The notes under the pieces are model-generated. The model was not told where the DNA came from. It did not search any database and saw nothing but the letters and a program-made list of their open reading frames with translations. Source: an uncultured Chlamydiae bacterium (GTDB lineage: Bacteria; Chlamydiota; Chlamydiia; Chlamydiales; SM23-39). Taken from it: a DNA stretch of 64,000 bases. Positions 27,435 through 37,144 of this stretch are shown in pieces; position 1 is the stretch's first letter, and every line of letters starts with the position of its first letter. A program made the position numbers and the translations under genes. The stretch covers positions 96,001 to 160,000 of the forward strand of contig CAWHDP010000002.1 of the NCBI GenBank assembly GCA_963828125.1, in the 5' to 3' direction.

Positions 27435-30400
27435 CTGGAGCGCGAACCAACACTGGGCAAACCGCCGCCTACGGATATGAGTCCACCAACAGATCTAAAA
27501 AACTCGACAAGAAGTGCGGGCTATTCACGGATGAATTTTCTTTCATCCCAAATTTAAAAACTGCCTCCACTCCTGAATATCGGGGAGAGAGTTTTGAGTA
27601 TGACCATTATTTGCCGATGATCCATTTCGGGAAATCTCAATTTGTGAAAGTGACTTATCAAGGCTCCCCCCTTCGCGTCAAAACGCTCCACTTTCCAAAC
27701 GGAAACCAAGACGCCTTTATCCCTCTCTACACGATCGATATCGATCCACCGATATCCAATCAAAAATCAGGAACGACTACCGTGACTCGTAAAGACGGTT
27801 GTCAAACAATCTACACTTTTTCTCATCAGATGCTCCCCCAATCGATCCGATGGCTCGCCCCCGATGGCAAAACGGTTAAACTCAAGGTTTATGGCTGGGA
27901 CGCCGATCATCGCTTGACCTTTATCGAGTGGAGAGATGGGGACAATCGCCTTTTTTATCGAAAATCTTTCGAAGAGTATGACAGCTTCAACAATCCGCAA
28001 AAAGAGAGGATGACGGGCGATCTCACTGGATCGGGATCCATTGAAACGTATACGATCTCGCGTGTTTTCTCCAAAGATCGGATGAACCTCATTCTTCAGG
28101 AAGAGACCGAAGACGGCCTGACGACCACCTTTCGCTATGTGGATAAAACCAATCTGTTGAAAAGTAAGTACACGAGAGGCGAAGGGGTTCATGTTAGAGA
28201 ATTCTTTGAATACGACGCCTCCAATAACCTCATTCGAACCATCCTCGATGACGGCAGCCATGACGATCCGGACGACATGAGGGATATCACTGAACAGCGC
28301 ATCGTCAACTATACTCTCCGGCAGAGCGCCCCCTTTTTACACATGCCGGAACAGATTGAAGAGAGATCGATGGATGGCTCGCTCATCAAGAAGACGAAGC
28401 TAACCTATGACAAATGGGGGAACGTTGCAGAAGAGGAGGTGTTTGGTTCCGATGATCAGCTCGCCTATTCTGTTAAGAAAGAGTTTGACGAGCAAGGCAA
28501 TATCGTTTCAGAGACCAATCCCCTTCAATGTACGGCTGTTTCGAGCTATGATCCGAGGGGCTTTCTCCTCACATCGGCGACCTTCTCAAACCGGCTGAAA
28601 ACTGAAAGGGCATACAATGCAGCAGGCCGGCTCAAAGAAAAGGTTGAAACAGGAGGAGAAATCGTCCACACCACGCGCTACGATTACGACATCTATAGCC
28701 GGCTGATCAAAGAAACGGATCCTTTTGGCAACGATACCGAATATAAAGAATACGATTCCGTAGCAGCTCAGCCCAAACGGATAGACGAGCCCCTCGGCAT
28801 AGTCAATAAAAATCTCTATGACGGCTTAGGCCGCTTCATTGAGAAAATCGATCCAAACAACCACGCAACCCACTATAGATATAACGCTTATGGTTCTCCC
28901 GTAGAGATCATCTATCCAGATGGGACGTCTGAAAAATACGTCTACTATAAAAATGGGAAAATGAGATCCTACACGGATCAGAGAGGAGTGACGGCCGAAT
29001 ATTTTTACGATGTGTTGGAGAGACCCACTAAAAAAAAATTTTCCTTTCAGAAAGAACAGATCGCCCAAGAGATTTTTACTTATAGTTCATTCCATCTCGA
29101 AACCCACACGGATAAAGAAAAGCGGATCACGACCTACAAATACGACGGCGCCGGAAGAAAAAGGGAAGAAACCTTTTGCGGTAGAACCAAAGTCTTTGAA
29201 TACAATCCGATTGGACAGCTCGCAGCCGTCACAGAGGGCGGCACTCTTAAAACGGAGTATGACCGCGATCCGTTAGATCAGATCCTCGAGATTCGGAAAA
29301 CCGATCTGAAAGGGGAGCTGCAATACCGGATCGGATATGGATGGGATCCGGACGGCAATCAAATTTCTACCACTCGCTATCCGCATAATCAAGCGGCTGT
29401 GGAGACCTCCATATTCGATCCATTTGGACGGATCACCGAATGGAAAGATCCGATTGGCTTTAGCACTACTACAAAATATCTGGAAAGTTCCCATCTGCAA
29501 ACGATTTCAACAGACCCGAATGGGATAGAGACGACTCAAATCTTTGATGCCTGTGGGAGACTCACTTCGACGCAGATCGGCGCATTGTATAAAGAAATCC
29601 AAAAATACGATTTTGCGGGCAATCTCATCGAAAAAGAAGAGGCGTCGCTTAAAACACGCTATGAATACGACAGTCTAAATCGGATAAAAACTTTGACCCG
29701 AGCGTACGGCTCTCCTGACGCTAGAACCACTACCTATACTTATAAACCAGGGGGCCTGCTTGGCACGAAAACATTCCCCAATAAAACGAGCTTAACCTAT
29801 GAGTATACTCCCCTTGGCCACCTCCATTTTGTCGATTCTTCGGACGACTCTATTCACCAAATATTCGAACATGATTTAAACGGACAGCTCCTTTCTGCCA
29901 TTGACGACCACCACGTCTTTACCCGTATCCTCGATGATTTCGGCAATATTTTAACCGAAACGATCAATGGGATCTCTGTTCAAAGAACCTACGACCCCCT
30001 CAATCGCCTCGCATCGATCACATTTCCCGATCAAAGTTCTGCCCATTATATCTATGAGGCCCTCTATTTAAAAACTGTTCAACGTTTCTCTGCCTCTCAT
30101 CAGCCGCTCTATATCCACACCTACTCATCCTATGATTTATCCGGAAATCTCATTACCGAAGAATTCATCCACAATCTCGGCTCCCAATCCCATACCTGGA
30201 ATACCAATCGAGCCAAAACCTCGATCACTAGCCCCTATTTCACACAAACCCTTGAGTTTGATCCTGGTTCTCGGATCAGATCGATCTCCTCCGATGGGAC
30301 TTATGAGTACAACGATCAATCCGAGTTGACCCTCGAGCATCTTCCCGACCGCCAATGTATCTACGCCTACGATCTGCACCACAACCGTTCTGAAAAAAAC

Positions 30401-31573
30401 GGTCATACGACTGTATACAATCTCCTCGATGAGCCTATCACCCTCGATCATGACCTCAATGGCAATCTCCAACAAAATAGCCAATTTCAATATCGCTATG
30501 ACAGCCTGAACAGACTGACTGAAGCGGAAAATAGCGAGACACAGATTGTTTTTTCTTACGACGCGCTGGATCGATGCATTGCAAAAACCGTCAATGGCCT
30601 CCGTGAAATTTATCTCTATCATGGGATCGAAGAGCTGGGCGCCTTCCATCCGGACGGCCAAACAAAGGAACTAAAAATCCCAGGATTGCCCCTCCGACCC
30701 GTCGCGATCGAACTGGTAGATGAGGTTTTTGCTCCCATTTGCGATTACCGAGGCAATATCCGACGGCTAATCGATGCAACAGGCCAAATCGCCGGATCTT
30801 ACGACTATACCGCTTTCGGAGAGGATCTCGTTCCTATCATCTCTTTGAACCCGTGGCGATATTGCGCAAAGCGATTCGACAGTCGATTGGGACTCTACGC
30901 CTTTGAAAAGCGGTTCTACGATCCTTCCTCCGCTCGATGGAGTACTACCGATCCCGCAGGATTCATGGATGGGACCAATTTATATACCTATCTCCACAAC
31001 GATCCTCTCCGGAACATTGATCCAAGTGGAACCTTTGCTTTCCCCCTCATTGGTCTATCGTGGGGGGCCTCGAGTTGGGTGGCAACCGCCCTCTGTTCGC
31101 ATCCGGTGGGCTGGGCTATCGGGGGAACCCTCATGGCGGCGGTCGCTATCGGTTGGGCCACCCAGCAGCTGATAGACACACGCCACATTTCGACGAGTAC
31201 AAAAGGGATAGCTGAGACGATTGCCAAAGGATTGATCTCATCGCTGGGATCTTCTGCTGGAACAAAGGTCTGCTCTACAGGATATGGTGGGTATGTCTAT
31301 CTAGATAAAAATCACAGTCTATCGAAAAATGAAGTAAGGGTAGATCCTAAAAATCTAAGCGAACAGCTAACCCTTGAAGAGGCTAAAGCAAAACCACAAA
31401 ATTCTAAAGAAGAAATAATGCAAGGCAAAATCAAAGATTCCAGATATCCTGAAAAGGAATGGAAAAAAGTTGAGCACACCCACGAAAAGCCGGATGGAAC
31501 CAAGATTGATATTCATTACTGGGAAAATAGGATAACGGGAGCAAGGCATGGTTTTAAATTCAAAAATAAATGA
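27425..31573 (+). CDS. RHS/YD-repeat polymorphic toxin core with C-terminal toxin domain
   Basis: Many YD repeats. Core signature YDYTAFGE...PWRYCAKRFD...RFYDP...WSTTDPAG...NLYTYLHNDPLRNIDPSG. Confidence 0.93.
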   Translation: MAVTGARTNTGQTAAYGYESTNRSKKLDKKCGLFTDEFSFIPNLKTASTPEYRGESFEYDHYLPMIHFGKSQFVKVTYQGSPLRVKTLHFPNGNQDAFIPLYTIDIDPPISNQKSGTTTVTRKDGCQTIYTFSHQMLPQSIRWLAPDGKTVKLKVYGWDADHRLTFIEWRDGDNRLFYRKSFEEYDSFNNPQKERMTGDLTGSGSIETYTISRVFSKDRMNLILQEETEDGLTTTFRYVDKTNLLKSKYTRGEGVHVREFFEYDASNNLIRTILDDGSHDDPDDMRDITEQRIVNYTLRQSAPFLHMPEQIEERSMDGSLIKKTKLTYDKWGNVAEEEVFGSDDQLAYSVKKEFDEQGNIVSETNPLQCTAVSSYDPRGFLLTSATFSNRLKTERAYNAAGRLKEKVETGGEIVHTTRYDYDIYSRLIKETDPFGNDTEYKEYDSVAAQPKRIDEPLGIVNKNLYDGLGRFIEKIDPNNHATHYRYNAYGSPVEIIYPDGTSEKYVYYKNGKMRSYTDQRGVTAEYFYDVLERPTKKKFSFQKEQIAQEIFTYSSFHLETHTDKEKRITTYKYDGAGRKREETFCGRTKVFEYNPIGQLAAVTEGGTLKTEYDRDPLDQILEIRKTDLKGELQYRIGYGWDPDGNQISTTRYPHNQAAVETSIFDPFGRITEWKDPIGFSTTTKYLESSHLQTISTDPNGIETTQIFDACGRLTSTQIGALYKEIQKYDFAGNLIEKEEASLKTRYEYDSLNRIKTLTRAYGSPDARTTTYTYKPGGLLGTKTFPNKTSLTYEYTPLGHLHFVDSSDDSIHQIFEHDLNGQLLSAIDDHHVFTRILDDFGNILTETINGISVQRTYDPLNRLASITFPDQSSAHYIYEALYLKTVQRFSASHQPLYIHTYSSYDLSGNLITEEFIHNLGSQSHTWNTNRAKTSITSPYFTQTLEFDPGSRIRSISSDGTYEYNDQSELTLEHLPDRQCIYAYDLHHNRSEKNGHTTVYNLLDEPITLDHDLNGNLQQNSQFQYRYDSLNRLTEAENSETQIVFSYDALDRCIAKTVNGLREIYLYHGIEELGAFHPDGQTKELKIPGLPLRPVAIELVDEVFAPICDYRGNIRRLIDATGQIAGSYDYTAFGEDLVPIISLNPWRYCAKRFDSRLGLYAFEKRFYDPSSARWSTTDPAGFMDGTNLYTYLHNDPLRNIDPSGTFAFPLIGLSWGASSWVATALCSHPVGWAIGGTLMAAVAIGWATQQLIDTRHISTSTKGIAETIAKGLISSLGSSAGTKVCSTGYGGYVYLDKNHSLSKNEVRVDPKNLSEQLTLEEAKAKPQNSKEEIMQGKIKDSRYPEKEWKKVEHTHEKPDGTKIDIHYWENRITGARHGFKFKNK

Positions 31574-32112
31574 TTTTTATGAAAGTGAAATGCATTTCTG
31601 GTGAAAATTCTTTTTTAAATGAAAAACGAGAATCGACTTATGAATTTTTGGAAATAGGAGCCATATATACCGTGTATGGAATGATTATAAATCACGGGGT
31701 TCTTTGTTATTATATATGCGATCGAGCGCGAGATTTATTTCCTATCGCAAGACCTATGCATTTTTTTGAAATTATAGATAATCGCCTTTCTCGTTTTTGG
31801 GTTTTTGGAATTATTGAAGCTTTTGAAAATTATCCAGTTTGGATGTTTTCTGAATGGATAAATGAACCATATTTTCAAGATAATATAACAGATTATGAAG
31901 AACGGGAGGTTGCCATTTTTAAATCTTACAAAGAATCAATGGATTTAGAATTTTCTGACCCCTCCATTCAGGAGACAGCTCAAATTGGTGACGACAAATG
32001 GCTAATATGCCCTATGTGCCTAGATACCTGGCAATCTGTGAATTACGATGGTGCTTTAGTGCGATGTTCGAATTGTCAGGCAATATTGAATAATCCTCGT
32101 CACCTGAAATAG
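31570..32112 (+). CDS. Putative immunity protein with C-terminal zinc ribbon
   Basis: ATGA overlap with the RHS stop. AT-rich and acidic. CPMC...CSNC. Confidence 0.75.
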   Translation: MIFMKVKCISGENSFLNEKRESTYEFLEIGAIYTVYGMIINHGVLCYYICDRARDLFPIARPMHFFEIIDNRLSRFWVFGIIEAFENYPVWMFSEWINEPYFQDNITDYEEREVAIFKSYKESMDLEFSDPSIQETAQIGDDKWLICPMCLDTWQSVNYDGALVRCSNCQAILNNPRHLK

Positions 32113-32414
32113 TAAGGGGTTGTCCAACAATAACTTTGAGAGCTGTATACTCTCTCAAATAACACATTGTAACGTGTTGGCACTCTGCGTGTTGGAAGAC
32201 GCTGTAGAATCGGTCTTGATCTCATAGAGCAGATCCATTGTACGCGAGAATTTTGTTTTTTTCAACAGAGTGAAAAATGAAAAAAACGAACCTATTGTTC
32301 CGATCATGGGATTTTTGGCCGTTTTTTTGTGTTAGCAACAAAAAATTCCAACCCATGATCGTTTTTTTAACAAGAGATTCTTTTAAATTCTGTTGAAAAT
32401 TTAGACAACTGTTA
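32113..32414. repeat. Non-coding element with imperfect terminal inverted repeats and internal hairpins (MITE-like)
   Basis: TAAGGGGTTGTCCAA...TTAGACAACTGTTA ends. Internal pairs TTTGAGAG/CTCTCAAA, TTTTCAACAGA/TCTGTTGAAAA and CGATCATGGG/CCCATGATCG. Confidence 0.45.
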
Positions 32415-32429
32415 AGCTGCGAGATTCAA

Positions 32430-32473
32430 ATTTGAACTGATTTTGCGCCGCTTCGGCGCGAAATGAGTCCAAA
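32430..32473. repeat. Long imperfect hairpin
   Basis: TTTGAACTGATTTTGCGCCG-CTT-CGGCGCGAAATGAGTCCAAA. Confidence 0.55.
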
Positions 32474-32522
32474 CTCCAGGTCTCTATGCGCCGATCAATG
32501 GCAAGGGCCCAAGTAAAACAAC

Positions 32523-32557
32523 GAACCGCGCACATCTTTTCACGCGGTTCATTTTTT
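32523..32557. terminator. Putative intrinsic terminator between convergent units
   Basis: GAACCGCG/CGCGGTTC stem followed by a T-run, next to the lipoprotein stop. Confidence 0.5.
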
Positions 32558-32561
32558 GTCT

Positions 32562-32690
32562 TTACTTAGGTTGTTCGTCGCAGCAGCTTTTTCCGCCTGG
32601 ATAGGGGGTAAATTCCTCATCTTCCTTGCTGCACGAGCAGCCGGCGAGAAATAGTGTCAGGGCCAAGGTCAAAATCAATTTCATCTTCAT
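32562..32690 (-). CDS. Small Cys-rich lipoprotein (42 aa)
   Basis: MKMKLILTLALTLFLAG-CSCSKEDEEFTPYPGGKSCCDEQPK with LAGC lipobox. Lies 16 nt after the TolC-family stop. Confidence 0.7.
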   Translation of the reverse strand: MKMKLILTLALTLFLAGCSCSKEDEEFTPYPGGKSCCDEQPK

Positions 32691-32706
32691 ATAGAGAGCT
32701 CCATAG

Positions 32707-34137
32707 TTAGTTTGCATCCACTCCCGTTGAATAACGGATTTGGTAATATGCTGCAAGGAGATCGAAGCTTGCCTGATTTTGTTGGTTGCGGGCTTGGGCG
32801 AGCTGATTGACTGAATCGCGGTATTCTAGGGGGGCTATTCTTCCAAACTCGAGTTTTTCTTGCGCCTGTAGACGGGCCTGTTCAGCGACATAAACCGCTT
32901 GAGTGGCAGAGGAATAGGTGAGCATCGCCTCTTCGAGCTGATAGAGTCCGTTCCGGATCTCCACCTCGATCTGCTGCCACTCCTGATCGTAGCTGATTTT
33001 CGAAGAAGATTTCACCGACCGGGCCTCTCGCACCTCATGCTCTCTCAGCAGGCTGTCAAAGAGATTCCAACTCAAAACGACCCCTGCCGACCAGTCGTAG
33101 GCCTCTCTGAAGAAGGGACGGGTCCCCAGGTCGACGTCGTTATAGGAATAACGGACATAGCCCGAAATTTTGGGGAGATAGGTTCCCAATTTCGTATTGA
33201 CGTTTTGGGTTGCGACGTCTACTTCGAGTTTGCGGGCGAGGAGATCGGGCCTGAGCGAGAGGGCCAAATCGAGGTAATTTTGCACCTCTTCAGGGGAAAA
33301 CAGGGTGAGCTTCCGTGCATTTTCCAGCCGGTCGATGTGGAGCAAATAGTCATTGGTGCTCGGAAACGTATCCATCCGGTAGTTGAATTTTTGTTCGAGT
33401 TCTTTCAATTTTAGAGCGAGCTCAGGAATCGCCTCGATGGGCTGTTTAGCCTCGCGGAGCCCCATTTCTGGTTCGAGCAGCGGATCGATTCCGAGCGTTA
33501 AAATCAGCGCATTTCTCGCATTTTTCAGATCTTTGAGCGTAGAGTAATATAGCGAGATCGCATTAGCTACAGAGACTTTGCTTTGATTGACCTCGAAAGG
33601 AGTGGAACTTCCCGCCTCCAATTTCCCCTGCTCTTGCTGCAGTGCATAAGCGAGATAATCGATGTTCTCCCGTTCGATGAGGAGCGCCTTTTCGAAGAGG
33701 AGGACGGCGTAGTATCGATCGCGGACGGCAAGGAGGAGTTCGTTTTTTGTATTGGCTTGAGTATAACTATAAACCTCTGCCTCCAGCTCCTTCGATTTGA
33801 GCCCGAAAATCAGATCGGTCGAAAAAATCGGCTGGCTGAGCTGCAAAATGCTGCTATAGCCCTGATGGCTGAAGGCGAATTTCGAACTAAATACGTTGAA
33901 AAAAAGCTCTTTTTTGTCGATTTCCCGAAATTCTGCCCGATAGCCGATCGCGGGGAGCCAGCGGGAGACAGCCTGTTTTTTTCTCTCCTTGGCTTGAATA
34001 GTGCTCTCTTGGGCGATCAGATAATTTTTGTTCAGCTCGAGCGCGATCTCTTCAGCCCCTTGCAAGGAGAGATCCTTCAGCAGAAGGTCGGAAAATAGGG
34101 GAGCGGACAAGAGGAGAAAAAAAAATGTTTTACTCAT
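32707..34137 (-). CDS. TolC family outer membrane efflux protein
   Basis: Signal peptide, duplicated OEP halves, ALSLRPDL and WNLFD. Confidence 0.88.
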   Translation of the reverse strand: MSKTFFFLLLSAPLFSDLLLKDLSLQGAEEIALELNKNYLIAQESTIQAKERKKQAVSRWLPAIGYRAEFREIDKKELFFNVFSSKFAFSHQGYSSILQLSQPIFSTDLIFGLKSKELEAEVYSYTQANTKNELLLAVRDRYYAVLLFEKALLIERENIDYLAYALQQEQGKLEAGSSTPFEVNQSKVSVANAISLYYSTLKDLKNARNALILTLGIDPLLEPEMGLREAKQPIEAIPELALKLKELEQKFNYRMDTFPSTNDYLLHIDRLENARKLTLFSPEEVQNYLDLALSLRPDLLARKLEVDVATQNVNTKLGTYLPKISGYVRYSYNDVDLGTRPFFREAYDWSAGVVLSWNLFDSLLREHEVREARSVKSSSKISYDQEWQQIEVEIRNGLYQLEEAMLTYSSATQAVYVAEQARLQAQEKLEFGRIAPLEYRDSVNQLAQARNQQNQASFDLLAAYYQIRYSTGVDAN

Positions 34138-34188
34138 TACCCCTCCATATACTAAGATTGAATATTTTAGAACATGGGCATTTTCTCT

Positions 34189-35544
34189 ATGGACGTATTA
34201 TTTCTCTCTCGCATCCAGTTTGCTCTGAACACCTGTTTTCACTATCTCTATCCTCCCATCAGCATCGGCCTCGGCTTGATGCTGGTCATTATGGAGGGGA
34301 TGTATTTGAAAACAAAGGAGGTCAAGTACAAAAAAATGACCGATTTTTGGATCAAGATTTTTTCTTTGACCTTTGCTCTCGGAGTGGCAACGGGGCTTGT
34401 GCAGACATTTGCCTTTGGAACGAATTGGGCCCGCTATTCTCGGTTTGTCGGCGACGTCTTTGGGAGCGCGCTTGCAGCTGAGGGGGTCTTTGCCTTTTTC
34501 TTAGAAGCTGGGTTTCTCGGCATCCTCCTCTTCGGTTGGGATCGGGTCGGCCCTAAACTCCACTATTTTGCCAATATCTGCGTCTGTCTCGGCGCCCACT
34601 TTAGCGCTGTTTGGATCGTCGTCGCAAACTCGTGGATGCAGACCCCTGCCGGTTTTCACATTGTCGACACCCCCCTCGGCCCCCGCGCTGAAATCACCGC
34701 TTTTTGGGAGATGGTCTTTAACCCTTCCACTCTCGACCGTCTCTGCCATGTACTGCTCGGCTGCTGGCTTACAGGGGCCTTTTTTGTGATCAGCGTCGCC
34801 GCCTACTACCTCCTTAAACGAAAACACCAAGAGATCGCCCACTCAATGATGTACATTGGCCTGAGCTTTGCCAGCGTGTCGCTCATCCTCCAACTCTTTT
34901 CGGGCGACTCGAGCGCACGGCTCATCGCCCAGTATCAGCCCGCCAAACTCGCCGCTTTCGAAGGGCTCTATAAAACGGTCCCCTCGACCCCCATTTCGGT
35001 CGTCGGATGGGTCGATGGGAAGAGCGAGACCGTCCATTCGATCAAAATCCCTGCCGCCCTTAGTTTGATGACCTACCGGAATTTCAAGACGCCCGTCGCC
35101 GGCCTCGACCAGATCCCCCGCGATGAGTGGCCCAACGTGCCCCTCACTTTCCAGACCTACCACATCATGGTCGCCGTGTGGGGACTCCTCTTCCTCATCG
35201 CGGCGCTCGGTATTTACTATGGGCGGAAAAAAACGCTCGACCGAAAACGGTGGCTCCTTTGGGCCATGGTGGGCTCCGTCATCCTTCCCCACATCGCCCA
35301 GCAATGTGGATGGATCTCCGCCGAAGTGGGGAGACAGCCGTGGATCGTCTGGAAAGCGCTCAGGACAAGCGAAGGCGTTTCCACCGCGATCACCGCCTCT
35401 CAAGTCTTTGGCTCGATCACCATGTTCCTTTTTATCTACATCCTCCTCTTTGCCCTTTTTCTTTTCCTCCTCGACCGGAAAATCAAGCACGGCCCTGAGG
35501 AGATCTCTCCCGACGACATGGTTTACCGCGAAGCGAGGTTCTGA
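34189..35544 (+). CDS. cydA: Cytochrome bd ubiquinol oxidase subunit I
   Basis: LSRIQFA..FHYLY, FGTNW, ANSWMQTP, QPAKLAAFEG and EVGRQPW. Confidence 0.97.
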   Translation: MDVLFLSRIQFALNTCFHYLYPPISIGLGLMLVIMEGMYLKTKEVKYKKMTDFWIKIFSLTFALGVATGLVQTFAFGTNWARYSRFVGDVFGSALAAEGVFAFFLEAGFLGILLFGWDRVGPKLHYFANICVCLGAHFSAVWIVVANSWMQTPAGFHIVDTPLGPRAEITAFWEMVFNPSTLDRLCHVLLGCWLTGAFFVISVAAYYLLKRKHQEIAHSMMYIGLSFASVSLILQLFSGDSSARLIAQYQPAKLAAFEGLYKTVPSTPISVVGWVDGKSETVHSIKIPAALSLMTYRNFKTPVAGLDQIPRDEWPNVPLTFQTYHIMVAVWGLLFLIAALGIYYGRKKTLDRKRWLLWAMVGSVILPHIAQQCGWISAEVGRQPWIVWKALRTSEGVSTAITASQVFGSITMFLFIYILLFALFLFLLDRKIKHGPEEISPDDMVYREARF

Positions 35545-36557
35545 TGGCGTTTTTGTGGTATATTGTTTTAGGCGTCGCATCGATGGCCTACTGTATTTTA
35601 GACGGCTTTGATCTCGGCGTCGGGGCGCTCCACCTCTTTGCAAAAAACGACAACCAGAGACGGATCTTTCTGAACGCCATCGGCCCCGTTTGGGATGGGA
35701 ATGAAGTATGGATTGTGATTATGATGGGAGGGCTCTTTGCCGGCTTCCCGAACGCCTATGCGACGATTTTTTCCGGCTTTTACACTCTTTTTATGTTTTT
35801 GATTGCCGGCCTGATGTTCCGCGCTGCCGCCATTGAATTCCGGAGCAAAAGGGAGTCGCCGCTCTGGCGCTCGTTCTGGGATGTGATGTTTTCCCTTTCG
35901 AGCATCCTTGTCGGCCTGGTGATTGGCCTGCTCCTCGGCAATATGATCGAAGGGATTCCCCTCAATGCGCAACAAGACTATGTCGGCGCCTTCGCCGATT
36001 TTTTCCGCCCTTATTCAATCATTGTAAGCATTACGGCGATGTCCCTTTTTGCCATGCATGGGACCATTTATCTCACGATGAAAACAGAAGGAGAGGCGCA
36101 CGAAGTGGTTCGGAAATGGATCAACAAGGCGATTGCCGTTTTCATCTTTTTCTATCTGCTCACCACCGTTGCAACGGTGATTTATATGCCCCACATGATT
36201 CAACATATTCTCGACCACCCCTATGCGATGATCTTTCCGCTGATTGCCCTTCTCGCCATCCTCAATATTCCGCGGCTCGTCAGCCAAGGGAAAGACGGGT
36301 GGGCCTTCATCTTCTCTTCGATGAGCATTGCCCTGCTGCTGATTTTGTTCAGCCTCGGCACCTATCCGACGATTGTCCGCTCGACGATGGATCCAGAGAC
36401 GAATAGCCTGACTATTTTCAATTCTGCATCGAGTGAAAAAACCCTCTCGCTGCTTCTGATTGTGGTCGTGATCGGCGTTCCCCTCGTCCTCGCCTATGGC
36501 GCATGGATCTACCGTATTTTCCGCGGCAAGGTGCGGCTCGAAAAATCGAGTTATTAA
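35544..36557 (+). CDS. cydB: Cytochrome bd ubiquinol oxidase subunit II
   Basis: LDGFDLGVG, IGPVWDGNEVW and IEFRSK. Confidence 0.97.
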   Translation: MAFLWYIVLGVASMAYCILDGFDLGVGALHLFAKNDNQRRIFLNAIGPVWDGNEVWIVIMMGGLFAGFPNAYATIFSGFYTLFMFLIAGLMFRAAAIEFRSKRESPLWRSFWDVMFSLSSILVGLVIGLLLGNMIEGIPLNAQQDYVGAFADFFRPYSIIVSITAMSLFAMHGTIYLTMKTEGEAHEVVRKWINKAIAVFIFFYLLTTVATVIYMPHMIQHILDHPYAMIFPLIALLAILNIPRLVSQGKDGWAFIFSSMSIALLLILFSLGTYPTIVRSTMDPETNSLTIFNSASSEKTLSLLLIVVVIGVPLVLAYGAWIYRIFRGKVRLEKSSY

Positions 36558-37144
36558 ATGTTTCCCGGGAAGCCGACTACCGCCTCGTAGCATTGGAGCA
36601 GATGGCGCGCCCCGTTCATAGCTCGATGGGGTTTCGCTTCGCCTGGCAGCTTATATTGCGCGGCGATGAGATCTTTAGAAATCCCCGTTTCCCAGGGAAA
36701 CGGTCCCATGTTCTCTTTGGCTTTGCGGATTGAGAGGGCCCAATACATGGAGGCTAGGTCGAGCCAATGGTACGGCCAGCTGAGCAGCTCTTGGGTATCG
36801 GGGTCGATGAGCTGAGAAAAAAAGATCCTGTCGAAGGAAGGATTCTGGCAGATAAATACGGCTTTTTTTCTCCGAACGCCGCAACGGGTGAATACGTCGA
36901 TGATTGTCTGTGAAGCGTGGCGAGCCGTTTTTCCCTTCGAAACCTCATTCCAAGTGAATCCATTGATCCGCAAACTCTCCTGATCGCTCTTTTCCCACGC
37001 TTCAATGGAGGGGGCGATGAGTGTTTGATACTCTTCCTTCAATGCGCCGCTCGTCAGATCGACGATCTGAAAAGCGAGCTCAACGATTCTATGAATCTGC
37101 GAGTTAAGTCCATTTGTTTCTGTATCGAGAAATACACCTATCAC
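36554..37144 (-). CDS. DEDDh 3'-5' exonuclease
   Basis: FLDTETNG, QNPSFD and HRAMNG. Confidence 0.85.
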   Translation of the reverse strand: MIGVFLDTETNGLNSQIHRIVELAFQIVDLTSGALKEEYQTLIAPSIEAWEKSDQESLRINGFTWNEVSKGKTARHASQTIIDVFTRCGVRRKKAVFICQNPSFDRIFFSQLIDPDTQELLSWPYHWLDLASMYWALSIRKAKENMGPFPWETGISKDLIAAQYKLPGEAKPHRAMNGARHLLQCYEAVVGFPGNI

